Source of the DNA: Bdellovibrionota bacterium
GTDB lineage: Bacteria; Bdellovibrionota_C; UBA2361; JBGSMV01
Direction: 5' to 3'
DNA length: 36,486 bases
Assembly: GCA_041739995.1 (NCBI GenBank)
Contig: JBGSMV010000076.1
Span: 1-36,486 of the forward strand
The position numbers were made by a program, and so were the translations under genes. A model generated the notes under the pieces. It had not been told where the DNA came from, ran no database searches, and worked only from the letters and a program-made list of their open reading frames with translations. This document shows positions 28,001 through 36,486 of the stretch, piece after piece; the stretch's first letter is position 1; each line of letters opens with the position of its first letter.

Positions 28001-30801
28001 TCTCGAAATGCCGCTGACTCCGCGTTGTACCTATCAAAATTGGGAAGAGCACTGGCCTTAGGACTATTCATCGTCTCGGCGAATTCTGAAAAAGCCAGGT
28101 TAGCTCTCTGCGCCGCGTCTTGAGCTGCTTGTTGCCTACCGAATACAAGCGCATTGAGAACTTCGACCTCAGCCGCACGCGCGCGGGCGGCTGCGTCACG
28201 CGCACCTTCCTGAGCCGATAGCAGTTCTACTCGCTGCGCTCGATACTCCCCTGCAAGCTGTCTGCAGTTCTCCGCGTCTCTAGTGGTTGCACTCGTTACC
28301 CCCGTGCTCCAACTCCAAAAACTCACGAGCATATCCTGCTCATTCATGGTTCTCTCGAGCTCACGCGCATTTGACTCAGCCCCCTGCGTCATATTGCTAT
28401 TTTGGTGCAAACGCGTTTCCAGGAGCTCAGCCGCTTCCTGGCGCACTTGATCCCGCTCGTGCATTTGGGCAAGAAAGTTCAAGGCTGCAAGAAGTTGCTC
28501 TTCCGCTCGAGGTCCGTTTTCCAAAAGCTGGACAAGGATCTCGGCGACCTCTCGGTCCGAACCGTCTACCCTCATCATCCGCGCCAAGAGCGCGTCCCGC
28601 CCCGATTCCATCAGCTCAGATTTAAGTTCTTCTCGCTGCTCACTCGACATGCTCTGCAACAGCTCATTAAACCTCAGCAAATCAGCGCTCGAGCCAGAAT
28701 GTAAGCCCATGGCACTTTCGCACTGAAGGCGAAGAAGCTCTCGAGGACTTCCGCTTAGAGCCAACTCAAGTTCAGCCATTCTTTCAGCGGGAAGAGTCGC
28801 TGCCTTTAGTGCTTCCAAGAGGCCGGCGTCATTTCGCTCATTAAACCCTGAGACCAACTCGGCGCGCATGTCAGATTCAGCCGCCAGCAATAAGTTTAAT
28901 GCAGCAGAACCTTGCTTCGCTCGAATTAGCTCCTCAAGCGTCATGATATTGCACAAGACCTGGTTGCCGCTCTCGACAGCACCCGAGAACTCTAGTAGTC
29001 GCTCACCACCGATACTTCTTACGCGCTCCTCAAGTGTGAGCCCATTCGAGTCGGCATGGATTCGGATGGAGCTCATGGCCTCTTCAGGCAACTCCGAGAA
29101 TAACCTCGACACGGCAAGAAACTGAGAGACACTCGGTTGACCGCCTAACGTATCAAGCTGCGCGAGGAAGTCTCTCGCCGTTGTCTGCGAGGACGCAGTA
29201 CTGAGGTCTTGAACTAACTTCGAGAACTCTTGGTCCACTTGGAGAATTGCTTCTGGAACCGGTCGATTAAAGTCCTTTAGAGCACTAGCCAAGCTCCGCA
29301 AGTACTGCTCTCTGAGGTAGCCTTCAGGAACTTCCTCGATCCTCTGCAACACTTGAGACTTCACCTCTTGCACACGAACATCAGCGAAAGTCTCCAGTGA
29401 CGAAATTTCTCTACCATTTCTTAGATGCACTGCGGGATCAAGGCCTAAGCCTTGGAACAGGCGTTGCGTTTCAATGCGAAGCGAGAGTTCCCTAGCACTA
29501 AGAAGCAGAGAGTCGGTGTGAGGATCGAACTGCGAACTTTCAAGTGTAGTCCCAGAAAGGACGGTGAGCGCCTCTCTTACTGCCTGAACTAAGCCTTCCT
29601 GCCCTGCGGCCTGACCTACTTGCTCCCGCAAGTGGGCCAGCGTTTCAGTATCAGCCGCCTGGTGAGCCGCGTCTCTGACCTGGGTAGCCGCTGTTCGAAT
29701 CTGCTCTAGCGCCCCCGATGAGTACAAACCTGCGCGGGCACTCTGAGAATGCAGCGCTTCAAGGACCTGGAGCTCTGCTCGGAATATTCCTTCATCAGAA
29801 AGTCTGTTTCCCTCGCGCAGCGTTAGACTTTGTATCATCAAGAGCTTTGCCGGCTCTTCGCCTGTAAGCTGCACCACTTCGCGCTCAAATGCGGCTAACT
29901 CCTCAACACGTGGAAAGTACGCCACCACGTCGGCCAATGACTCTGCCGTTTCGAGGCGGCGCATGAACTGAATGGCCGCAACGCGCGGTTCATGCTCAAG
30001 TACCAAGGCATGCACAAGTGCGAGTTCTGTGGCTGAACAGTGTTTGCTGGCTTCAACAAAGAAATCTATTCCGTCTCTCTGATGTACTTCCATCAGGCAT
30101 TCAATCGCTGACGGATCGTTGCCGTCTGGCGTCTGCTGGCGCCGCTGATCAAGCAGTACTTCTTCTAAGCGTCGAATGCGAGTACTTCTCTCTTCCGAGC
30201 TGGAAGCGGTGAGTATCGGCCTCAAGTAGTCACGCGAGAGCACTGTCGCCCAAGCTTCTCGGCGTTCCAGCCTTGTCGCCTCAACGCCCGAATTATTTTC
30301 CTGACCTGATCGTATTCGTGCACTTTCGAGCTGGACACAGGCACGTGCCACCGACAAGTGACGACGCGAACCAGTCTGTGCGGAAGCTCCGTTGTTGAGT
30401 GCGGCGACCGCGCGACACATCCCCACGCCGTGCACTCTGGCAAATTCCTCGTCCAGATCTGAGAAATCCTTCTCGCCCGCCAGCATCAGCGCTACTATCT
30501 CAGCCAAGTGTTGTTCAAATGCTTGCGTCTGAGCGTAACTACGAGTTTCAAGCGCGGTCAGTTGGCGAAGTTTCTCTGACAATATCCGGGCAGCTTCGTG
30601 CATCAGAGGAGATGCGGTAACTGAAGCAGGAACTACCGATGCAGAAACATCTTTAAGAATTTGTGGTCGAGCGGTGGTCGGCAGATCCACTGAAGCAGTA
30701 GAGATAGCTACGGGGCGCTCAGCACCGGAGGAGCCAACAGCTGACTCCTTTTCTGCCTTTGAACCGAGAATTTGTAGCCCTTCTCTTAAACCTGAACTCA
30801 T
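25006..30801 (-). CDS. Giant (1931 aa) hypothetical protein: helical repeats, coiled coil, hydrophobic hairpin, Pro-rich linker, basic tail
   Basis: Uninterrupted 5.8-kb ORF with GAGGGGG RBS; no signal peptide. Confidence 0.88.
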   Translation of the reverse strand: MSSGLREGLQILGSKAEKESAVGSSGAERPVAISTASVDLPTTARPQILKDVSASVVPASVTASPLMHEAARILSEKLRQLTALETRSYAQTQAFEQHLAEIVALMLAGEKDFSDLDEEFARVHGVGMCRAVAALNNGASAQTGSRRHLSVARACVQLESARIRSGQENNSGVEATRLERREAWATVLSRDYLRPILTASSSEERSTRIRRLEEVLLDQRRQQTPDGNDPSAIECLMEVHQRDGIDFFVEASKHCSATELALVHALVLEHEPRVAAIQFMRRLETAESLADVVAYFPRVEELAAFEREVVQLTGEEPAKLLMIQSLTLREGNRLSDEGIFRAELQVLEALHSQSARAGLYSSGALEQIRTAATQVRDAAHQAADTETLAHLREQVGQAAGQEGLVQAVREALTVLSGTTLESSQFDPHTDSLLLSARELSLRIETQRLFQGLGLDPAVHLRNGREISSLETFADVRVQEVKSQVLQRIEEVPEGYLREQYLRSLASALKDFNRPVPEAILQVDQEFSKLVQDLSTASSQTTARDFLAQLDTLGGQPSVSQFLAVSRLFSELPEEAMSSIRIHADSNGLTLEERVRSIGGERLLEFSGAVESGNQVLCNIMTLEELIRAKQGSAALNLLLAAESDMRAELVSGFNERNDAGLLEALKAATLPAERMAELELALSGSPRELLRLQCESAMGLHSGSSADLLRFNELLQSMSSEQREELKSELMESGRDALLARMMRVDGSDREVAEILVQLLENGPRAEEQLLAALNFLAQMHERDQVRQEAAELLETRLHQNSNMTQGAESNARELERTMNEQDMLVSFWSWSTGVTSATTRDAENCRQLAGEYRAQRVELLSAQEGARDAAARARAAEVEVLNALVFGRQQAAQDAAQRANLAFSEFAETMNSPKASALPNFDRYNAESAAFRERLDDSIRNLNNCETGLKVARTATIIVGGAVVVVATGGAAIPAWQAALLITAAAAPGTVVQGTMDVQYGNKTTRQAVVDSAWQTGGDFLNAWGAGSLSRTLFSPRVLVTGGGEAIGHGALREGGKYSLREISRIVGQRVGPMWVRDPVSGARVAGMLTEKGLLNIRLLGPTWEGLALGGGLASLLQDNHIRKQLMSLVQPPAIEERPRPEIVPVPMPRAPLVDPIPLELSVEAERAGDEKQNDPARIAIETQTSEVTPDSPPPPNLDFVANGDDAPSDTPPPPPGTPDHSAPGAPPPPAEAGDTTGGSTSFDPLAALLKFFGIGMRTPANEQLDVRPQVPQTQSAVAPDAEPATKNTDDQGAAVASQPGASIAMVPSGNSYTAALQNAQPQVKIASAHLPQEAALAHAQETARAEMQREVAGQKRELELERIRFLEQRNQRAIEDSIRLAERTRRWMEELQAMAQQQLANAIADARATVQGQKSARGQASDLASGTANGMSQTHGVALANGASTAEARASGLSQAESSAVASGVLGRSELQRALSFGQPSGEAATLTFARAQGVEDARREMAPHAADRGVATAGSHSEAEKVFLSAQARSESERVAPQASERSSPSVFQLRPRKVAEEVYYRSVARVDSEAVAKEANTSAVKAQAVSALGTGAAHGAGTLRILHRVLNQEIQSRLTETHSKTSQPLGAELSLALNQVVQNRYAFVFSGGSESSVASPSVVDRLGYNPAVPYHVRLAQNALRVWADPPAAGSAGSGTGESHAGAAINAGITQSGVIQPSSKKEAIAASQAPSAPGQIESRTSFLGGAPTYSFLSVEVPGGANDGDGRLEQYLREEQQRIDEMRESAVRRLRIQRRRKKLRARHRAEIAARRLLEELALKALEHSSDGEGEVEDLEVRVEKLLVARVPRRIARRSTNSSKGIGMKKGAESLPESGHEHEVRRKASRRSPQSDRKSRRHYSKADKNDAVVRSERRVSSRAELYRRQKASVS

Positions 30802-31293
30802 GCACGCCCCCTCAAGCGGCCCCTAACACTGGCTGCTCTCTATTGTTATGGCGCTCCCATCTCTGAGGACGGCATCGCCAGGTTAACTACCTGTAATATC
30901 AGCGCATTTTGTTACTTCTGGGCTACCCCAACGAGCGCTAGTCAACCCTTTCGGCGCTCGTGCACTTAGCGCGGCAAACCCTCTGGCTACCTCGACAGCC
31001 CAACCCAAACGATTCGTCAAAATTCGATTTTTGAGACACGAGCTCGATTCGTCGCGGGCTCCAGAGCGCATGTCACGCCCCAACCTATGCGCAGACTCCT
31101 CGAGTGCTCGGTTAATAAGCCCTACCCGATTGCTCTACTGTGATGAAACCCCTCTGACATGAGCAGGTCTCAATCCTCACGCAAGAAGTTGAAGGGTGGT
31201 TCGACAAGCTTCAATCCGCTAACTTGAGCGCAGGCAGACTTTGAATCTGAATAGGTTTTTGTCTGCTCACGTAAGAGGCCTGGTAGGAGTTTT

Positions 31294-32868
31294 TTGATAG
31301 TGCATTTTAACGTTTCAGATCTCAGGTCACGGTTTTGCAGACACACACTCGTAGCCTTTCTTGGGATAGCCTCGTGTACCGCTCCCACACTCAGCGAATC
31401 TCAAGGCCTCATAGCGTCCTCGCAATCAGTTATCTCTTCCCCAGGAGCCGACGTAGCCTACAGTTCTCCTGCGGTGGGGGAACTAACCGGAGACCCTGCC
31501 GACGGCCTTGAGATCGTAATGGTGCAGTCCGACGGCGTAGTGTCGGCGTTTGACTCTCAGGGACTTTCTCTTTGGAGGGCAGAGCTACCGAATTACTCGT
31601 GCGCCCTCACGCATCCTGGAGAACACGCACAGAGTTCACCGACAATTCTTGAGCGCAGCTCAGGACAGGCCTTAGTAATAACCGGATACGGTGGAATCTT
31701 TCCCCATTCGTGCCCAGGAGGGGTGAGTGCGATTGGAGGCATGAATGGTGCACAGATTTGGAATTTCAACCTGCGCAAATTTGCAAAAAGACAGCGATTT
31801 TTCTCGCATATCGCGTCAGTGTTTTCAACACCGGTAGTTGCAGACGTAGAAAACGATGGGACTTCAGAGATCGCATTTGGAAGCTTTGATCGGAATTTAT
31901 ATCTCCTCAATGAAAACGGAAGCGTGCGGCGCTATTATGCGGCCGCGGATACTATCTACTCTTCTCCGCTTCTTGTGGATGTCGACCAGAAACCAGGCTT
32001 AGAAGTGCTCTTCGCCACCGACATGACCAAGAACAGAAATCTGCGCCCTCGCACTAAGAATGGAGGGTTTCTGATTGCGATGGATGCCAAAAAAGGGGGA
32101 CCTCGCGCGATACCTTTTCGTGACCCCGCAAAGCGAGCAGTACGATGGGCATCATTCTACAACCAAACTCTTTGGTCCTCTCCCGCGGTTGGCGATCTTC
32201 TCCCCGCTGTAGCGGGCGAAGAAGGAGTAATTGGGAGTGGCTGTTACCATCCGGAGAGAAGCACTCAAAAGAAGGGGCGAGCCTTTACGGTTTTCTCACT
32301 CATTAACGGTGCGAAGCGCCGCGCACTGCCGGTATCGACCTGCTCCCCAAGTTCTCCTGCCATCGGCGATTTAAATGGTGATGGGTTACTTGAAGTGGTG
32401 GTGTTGGTGAGCGCAGAGGAGCAGTTTGGCAGTCCGGACGGGCGGTCGTCTTTGATCGCATGGACTCCGGCGACTGACCAAGTCCTCTGGAACGTTCCTG
32501 TTTCACAACCCGCGATATTTCAGAGCCCACTCATTGTTGATTTTGATCGAGATGGACTTCCTGAAGTGGTTTCTCCAAGCGTCAAGGGAGTCCGCATTGC
32601 TGATGGGTTGACTGGGCAAGTGCGCTTGCGGCTCGATTTCCCAGGAACTCTGCGTTCAACCCCTGCAGTAGCGGATTTGAATGGGAATGGGATGCTGGAC
32701 ATAGTAGCGGCCGGAGGACCTCGAAGCGGAACAGCGGGGGTGCTAGCGATTTGGTGGGATATTGTTCCTGAAAGCGGCATTGAAGACTTTAGGCCCTCGG
32801 TTTCAGTTCAAGACGCATTGTTGTGGTCAGCCTGGCGCGGAAGTTCTCAGCGGAATGGCGGGCGATAG
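31294..32868 (+). CDS. FG-GAP/VCBS-repeat beta-propeller protein, probable lipoprotein
   Basis: Ca-loop repeats ADVENDGTSEI, GDLNGDGLLEV, VDFDRDGLPEV and ADLNGNGMLDI; SSPAVG repeats; FLGIASC lipobox-like segment. The start is uncertain. Confidence 0.85.
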   Translation: MIVHFNVSDLRSRFCRHTLVAFLGIASCTAPTLSESQGLIASSQSVISSPGADVAYSSPAVGELTGDPADGLEIVMVQSDGVVSAFDSQGLSLWRAELPNYSCALTHPGEHAQSSPTILERSSGQALVITGYGGIFPHSCPGGVSAIGGMNGAQIWNFNLRKFAKRQRFFSHIASVFSTPVVADVENDGTSEIAFGSFDRNLYLLNENGSVRRYYAAADTIYSSPLLVDVDQKPGLEVLFATDMTKNRNLRPRTKNGGFLIAMDAKKGGPRAIPFRDPAKRAVRWASFYNQTLWSSPAVGDLLPAVAGEEGVIGSGCYHPERSTQKKGRAFTVFSLINGAKRRALPVSTCSPSSPAIGDLNGDGLLEVVVLVSAEEQFGSPDGRSSLIAWTPATDQVLWNVPVSQPAIFQSPLIVDFDRDGLPEVVSPSVKGVRIADGLTGQVRLRLDFPGTLRSTPAVADLNGNGMLDIVAAGGPRSGTAGVLAIWWDIVPESGIEDFRPSVSVQDALLWSAWRGSSQRNGGR

Positions 32869-32923
32869 GGTGCTTTGTTTGGAATTTCTATCGGCAAAGT
32901 CTACAAGCAAGCCAAAGAAACCC

Positions 32924-34198
32924 TTACTGCACTCTAAGTTGCTCAAGTTCACTCACTAATTGATCTCTGAGCAAACGCAGAACCTCCACCGGATTCTGAC
33001 TCGAGGGCCACAAGAGTGAGATGGCAAAAAGCTTCGCCGCTGCAAGATAGCGATTGGTCACTACACCGAGAGCCACCAGTCCAACTGTCCCCAGCGCGAG
33101 GGCACCAAGCGAGAGTCCGATCCATGCCCCAATGCCAATAAGCAAAGCAAGCCAGGCAATAAACACCAGCACTCCAAACCCAAGTTTATAACTTGCAGTT
33201 TCCACTGGGTGCTCGACTGGATGACTGAGTACACCTGAGACAATAATCCCCACAAGCCGATACGGGATATAGAAAACCACTGCTCCTAATAATACGAGCG
33301 GGCAAAGCAAATAAATCCAGGCCTTCGAGCGACGGCTAGTATCGTTAAGAGTCGCGGCGTCTAAGCGAAACACGGCGAGCAGAGCAAGGAATGCCTGAAT
33401 CCGCTCATGCAAAGCAGTTCTCTGTGCAGGATACTGCGGTGCGAGCAGCTGCACGTTTTTTGCGATCCTCTGCATAAGTCCATGATCGTCTCGCTCTGGG
33501 TAGGCGGAGGCAAAAAGCTGGGTGACGTCCTCTACTAATCGCGTAAGACTCTGATCAGCAACCTCAACACTCACTTTTCGCAGTGTTTCTTCTATCTGAT
33601 CGGTCAAGAGATTCACCGCCTGGGTTGGATCGCTCTCGTACTGAGCCCGAAAATCGGCAACTACGATTGGCTCACCAAGCGTGATAATTACATCAGTCTG
33701 AAAACTCACCAGGTCTCGGTAAGTTAACCCGACAGGCTGAATAACTAGTCCTGCCGAAAAACTAGCGGCTGCTTCAGTGAGGAACGCAATCCTTGCGGCT
33801 CCAGTTTTCATTGGGGAAAGTTTTCGCTCCCCCATGCTGACACCCTCGGGGAACATCATGATCGCCTCGCCGCGCCTTAATGTCTCGGTGGCAACCTTAA
33901 AGGCTTCTTGGTTCTTAGAGGTCTGCGCAGGGTCGTCTTGTCGGCGATAGACCGGCACCATGTGCAACCAAGTGAATACTTTCCTCAGTATTGGATTTGA
34001 GAATATCGTACCTTTGGCAAGGAACCACAGTTCTCGCCTAAAGGCCGTGAGTACTACCAGGGCATCGAGCGCAAAGTTCGGGTGGTTGGACAAAATAAGT
34101 GCCGGGCCTTTCTCCACCGGAGCGGCTCCACGGAGCTTTATCTCACGAAAAAACTGCGCCGTTACAAAAACGAATATGCGACGTAGAAATGAATACAC
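32924..34198 (-). CDS. PlsC-family phospholipid/glycerol acyltransferase with C-terminal TM extension
   Basis: NHPNFALD (HX4D), FLAKGTIF, PVYRRQD, FPEG, KTGAARIA and PVGL. Confidence 0.92.
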   Translation of the reverse strand: MYSFLRRIFVFVTAQFFREIKLRGAAPVEKGPALILSNHPNFALDALVVLTAFRRELWFLAKGTIFSNPILRKVFTWLHMVPVYRRQDDPAQTSKNQEAFKVATETLRRGEAIMMFPEGVSMGERKLSPMKTGAARIAFLTEAAASFSAGLVIQPVGLTYRDLVSFQTDVIITLGEPIVVADFRAQYESDPTQAVNLLTDQIEETLRKVSVEVADQSLTRLVEDVTQLFASAYPERDDHGLMQRIAKNVQLLAPQYPAQRTALHERIQAFLALLAVFRLDAATLNDTSRRSKAWIYLLCPLVLLGAVVFYIPYRLVGIIVSGVLSHPVEHPVETASYKLGFGVLVFIAWLALLIGIGAWIGLSLGALALGTVGLVALGVVTNRYLAAAKLFAISLLWPSSQNPVEVLRLLRDQLVSELEQLRVQ

Positions 34199-34480
34199 AA
34201 GCCCGCCCCCCTATACTCTCGCCTTCGACCCGACTTCACACTCACTCTACGATTGAGTCAGCGATGACAAACCATAGCTGATGTGCGGCTAGGTCGGAAG
34301 CTGGGGTAAGACTGTCGCCGGCAGATGACTACCCTTAATTCCACCACCCTATATCCAGAGGAATGGACCCTAACCTGGCCTCCCTATGGAGCATTACGGA
34401 TTTGCGGCTTTCACAATTCAGTATAAAAGCTACGATACCGAGAACTTAATTACTGAGCATATTGAGTCAGGGGTTTTTGG

Positions 34481-35347
34481 GTGGGAGATAAGGAAAAGGC
34501 TTTATTCCTTGCGACCGTAACTACGGCACTATCGCTCATTCCCACGGCGTACGTTACCTACGTCTCAAACTCTATTGTTCTATTAGGCGATTTCCTGCGC
34601 TGTTTCGTTGAATTCTTCGCCATTCTGCTCTCCTGGCTCGTGGTACGTAAAATTCAGCACGGGGACAAGACATTTTTCGAATTTGGGCTTGGGAAGTTAG
34701 AACAGATCGCAAGCCTCGCTATTGCCTCCGCCATGCTGTTCACGTTCTTAGTGGTAGCGCTCTCGGCTGTTCACCGACTGAATGAGCCAATGCCTTTGGA
34801 GAACGGTGGCCTGGGCCTTTGTCTTGCGTTGCTTTCTGTAGCCGGCAACTCGGTGTTTTGGGTGCACTACCAAAAACTTGCAAAACGTGACCCTTCTCCG
34901 ATTCTTGAGTCGCAGTCGAAACTCTTTAGGGCCAAAGCGGTGGCATCCATAGTGGTTTGCACATCTCTCATCTGCGCCATGCTCCCCCTTGATCCCTCGG
35001 TTACCCTGTTGTCCGACCCCGTTGGATCCTTGCTGCTTGGTGCTTTTCTGCTGTACTCGGCTTTTGGCATGTTTTCGGCGAGTATTCGAGATCTTCTCGA
35101 TGGCGCAGTCGATGAAGCTGTTCGCCTTGTAATCTTGCGCGAATTAGTCCTCCACGAAGATCTCTATCTGAACCTGATAGGCATTCGTACCCGACGCGGC
35201 GGAAGTAATATTTTTCTAGAAATTTCACTTTCGTTCGATCACGCCCTCGCGATCGGCGAAGCCTCCTCACGCTGCGATCGAATTGCTGAGGCACTGCGCC
35301 TCGAGTGCAAATCAAGTGATGTGGTCGTCGTTCCGCGCAGTGCCTGA
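34481..35347 (+). CDS. Cation diffusion facilitator (CDF) family transporter with an atypical metal site
   Basis: SIVLLGD, FEFGLGKLE, DPVGS, DLLD and IRTRRGGSNIFLEI (dimerisation domain); six TMs. Confidence 0.88.
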   Translation: MGDKEKALFLATVTTALSLIPTAYVTYVSNSIVLLGDFLRCFVEFFAILLSWLVVRKIQHGDKTFFEFGLGKLEQIASLAIASAMLFTFLVVALSAVHRLNEPMPLENGGLGLCLALLSVAGNSVFWVHYQKLAKRDPSPILESQSKLFRAKAVASIVVCTSLICAMLPLDPSVTLLSDPVGSLLLGAFLLYSAFGMFSASIRDLLDGAVDEAVRLVILRELVLHEDLYLNLIGIRTRRGGSNIFLEISLSFDHALAIGEASSRCDRIAEALRLECKSSDVVVVPRSA

Positions 35348-36042
35348 TGCCCTCTTCGTCCGAGAAGGAAGCCTGTACCCAAATAAAGGGCAATTTTCGT
35401 TACTTGGCTTTGGTTCCGCTCGCTTGCACAAGGACCTCCACACCGACCCGAACTCATACTGCCACTTCGACAAGAACTCCGACCGCTTCAGCTACAGCAA
35501 CACGCACCCCAACTCGCACTTCTACGGGAACTCCGTCGCCAACACCCACCAGAACACCCACGCGAACGGCAAACAACTCGCCGACCATTACCCGTACGGC
35601 CACCACAACTCCTACTTCTACTGCGACTCGCACTCCAACGCGCACCTCAACATCGACCAGCACTCCCACCGCCACGCCAAGTTGAACTCCTACTCCTACA
35701 CCCACCGCGACACCGAGCTCTATGCCGTCGGGCGATTTCGTAGGGAACGCCAACTCAGCAGCCCCGTATCGCAATCAGCTCTCCTTAAACGAGGTAGAGC
35801 ACCTCCTCAATAAAGTTGCCTTTGGCGGCGGACTGAATCGCACGAGCTCCGCGGTACTAGGCGACATCCCCACCAGCGCGGTGTATTCTAGTCCAGCGCT
35901 GGACGTTCTTCCTGCAACCACAGATATCCGTAGCGTAGTGGGAGAGATTCTCTCCGGGGCGGGACTCTCGGCGTCGGCGGCCTTCCCAGGCTTTACCAGC
36001 CCAAGTCAGTTGGGAATCGCTGCCAACTCTTCCTCCTCCTAA
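35347..36042 (+). pseudogene. Chimeric remnant: Thr/Pro linker with in-frame TGA, DUF1800-like N-terminal segment, DUF1501-like C-terminus
   Basis: ORFs 35347-35685 and 35722-36042 share a frame, separated only by TGA at 35683-35685 within the TP repeat. EVEHLLNKVAFGG is DUF1800-like; TTDIRSVVGEIL...AFPGF...LGI is DUF1501-like. Confidence 0.7.
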
Positions 36043-36378
36043 TGAGCACCTCTCTTTTGACCTGGGCTACTCCTCCTACCAAGGGTCGATAACCATTAGA
36101 ACCCTGCCATACCGTGGCTACCCTAATCGTTCCTTAAGCAGCCAGGTTATAGGCAGTAAATTCGGGAGGCTTCCCTTATCTGTTATGAAGTTTCTTCACC
36201 ACACTACATAAGAATCAATGCCTGATCCCAGAAGTTGCCGCACCTAAACGACCACCTAAGTTTGCTTAAGATGGAACTCATAGTACGATACCTGGCTGAG
36301 GCTCCTCGAGAATTTTAGGTTTTTCATAAATTGGGAGCATAACACGCACCTGCTCTATTCAGTGGGTAGTACTGGCTT

Positions 36379-36434
36379 AAAAACGAAGCCTTCTTGAATT
36401 GAGAAACTTCTCTTTTCAGGAAGGCTTCGTTTTT
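36379..36434. terminator. Long bidirectional intrinsic terminator-like hairpin
   Basis: AAAAACGAAGCCTTCTTGAA and TTCAGGAAGGCTTCGTTTTT (19/20 match plus a G-U pair), with an inner GAGAA/TTCTC repeat and U-tracts on both strands. Confidence 0.75.
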
Positions 36435-36486
36435 CATGCGCACGGCACGGTCGCCGCCGCAACGATAGCCTTACTACTCCATACGG

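Noticed and set aside
25118..30620. Numerous short ORFs overlapping the giant gene (and other long genes)
   Set aside because: Antisense or off-frame shadows typical of GC-rich coding DNA, with no motifs.
30930..31000. c-di-GMP-I riboswitch (GGCAAACC present) upstream of the FG-GAP gene
   Set aside because: Lacks the GNRA tetraloop and the downstream GCAAA element; only a modest CGAGCGC...GCGCTCG hairpin is present.
35683..35685. Selenocysteine or programmed readthrough TGA
   Set aside because: It lies in a low-complexity linker of a gene damaged in other ways; a CGA-to-TGA mutation is simpler.
35454..35774. Val/Gly-rich minus-strand ORF
   Set aside because: Antisense shadow of the Thr/Pro repeat.
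36043..36330. Additional gene or RNA after the pseudogene
   Set aside because: Only very short frames on either strand, and no tRNA or ncRNA signature seen.

Overview
Bacterial chromosomal window of moderately high GC, with no rRNA, tRNA or CRISPR array. Gene content and style tentatively suggest an uncultured Bdellovibrionota/'deltaproteobacterial' lineage. It begins with the right end of an IS3-family (IS407-like) element that truncates a frameshifted gene remnant. Next come a sulfotransferase, an apparently catalytically dead alpha/beta-hydrolase, a Cys-motif protein, and a tightly coupled operon of two unassignable proteins plus a Pro-rich, two-Cys small protein. Then follow a TonB receptor/substrate-binding protein/flippase operon, a collagen-like protein, a cluster of miniature inverted-repeat elements, a TMEM43 homologue and a TolB-like propeller. 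A CHASE2 adenylate cyclase lies divergent from a FecR-TPR-beta-barrel receptor (CyaK/NsrA-like module). The rest holds nhaA, a 1931-aa protein with annexin-like repeats and a hydrophobic hairpin, an FG-GAP propeller, a PlsC-type acyltransferase, a CDF transporter with a non-canonical metal site, and a deletion scar that appears to fuse DUF1800 and DUF1501 fragments. The best candidates for undescribed biology are the 4449-7862 operon, the giant 25006-30801 protein, the NsrA-like signalling module and the altered CDF. All family calls come from motif recognition by eye; no searches were run.
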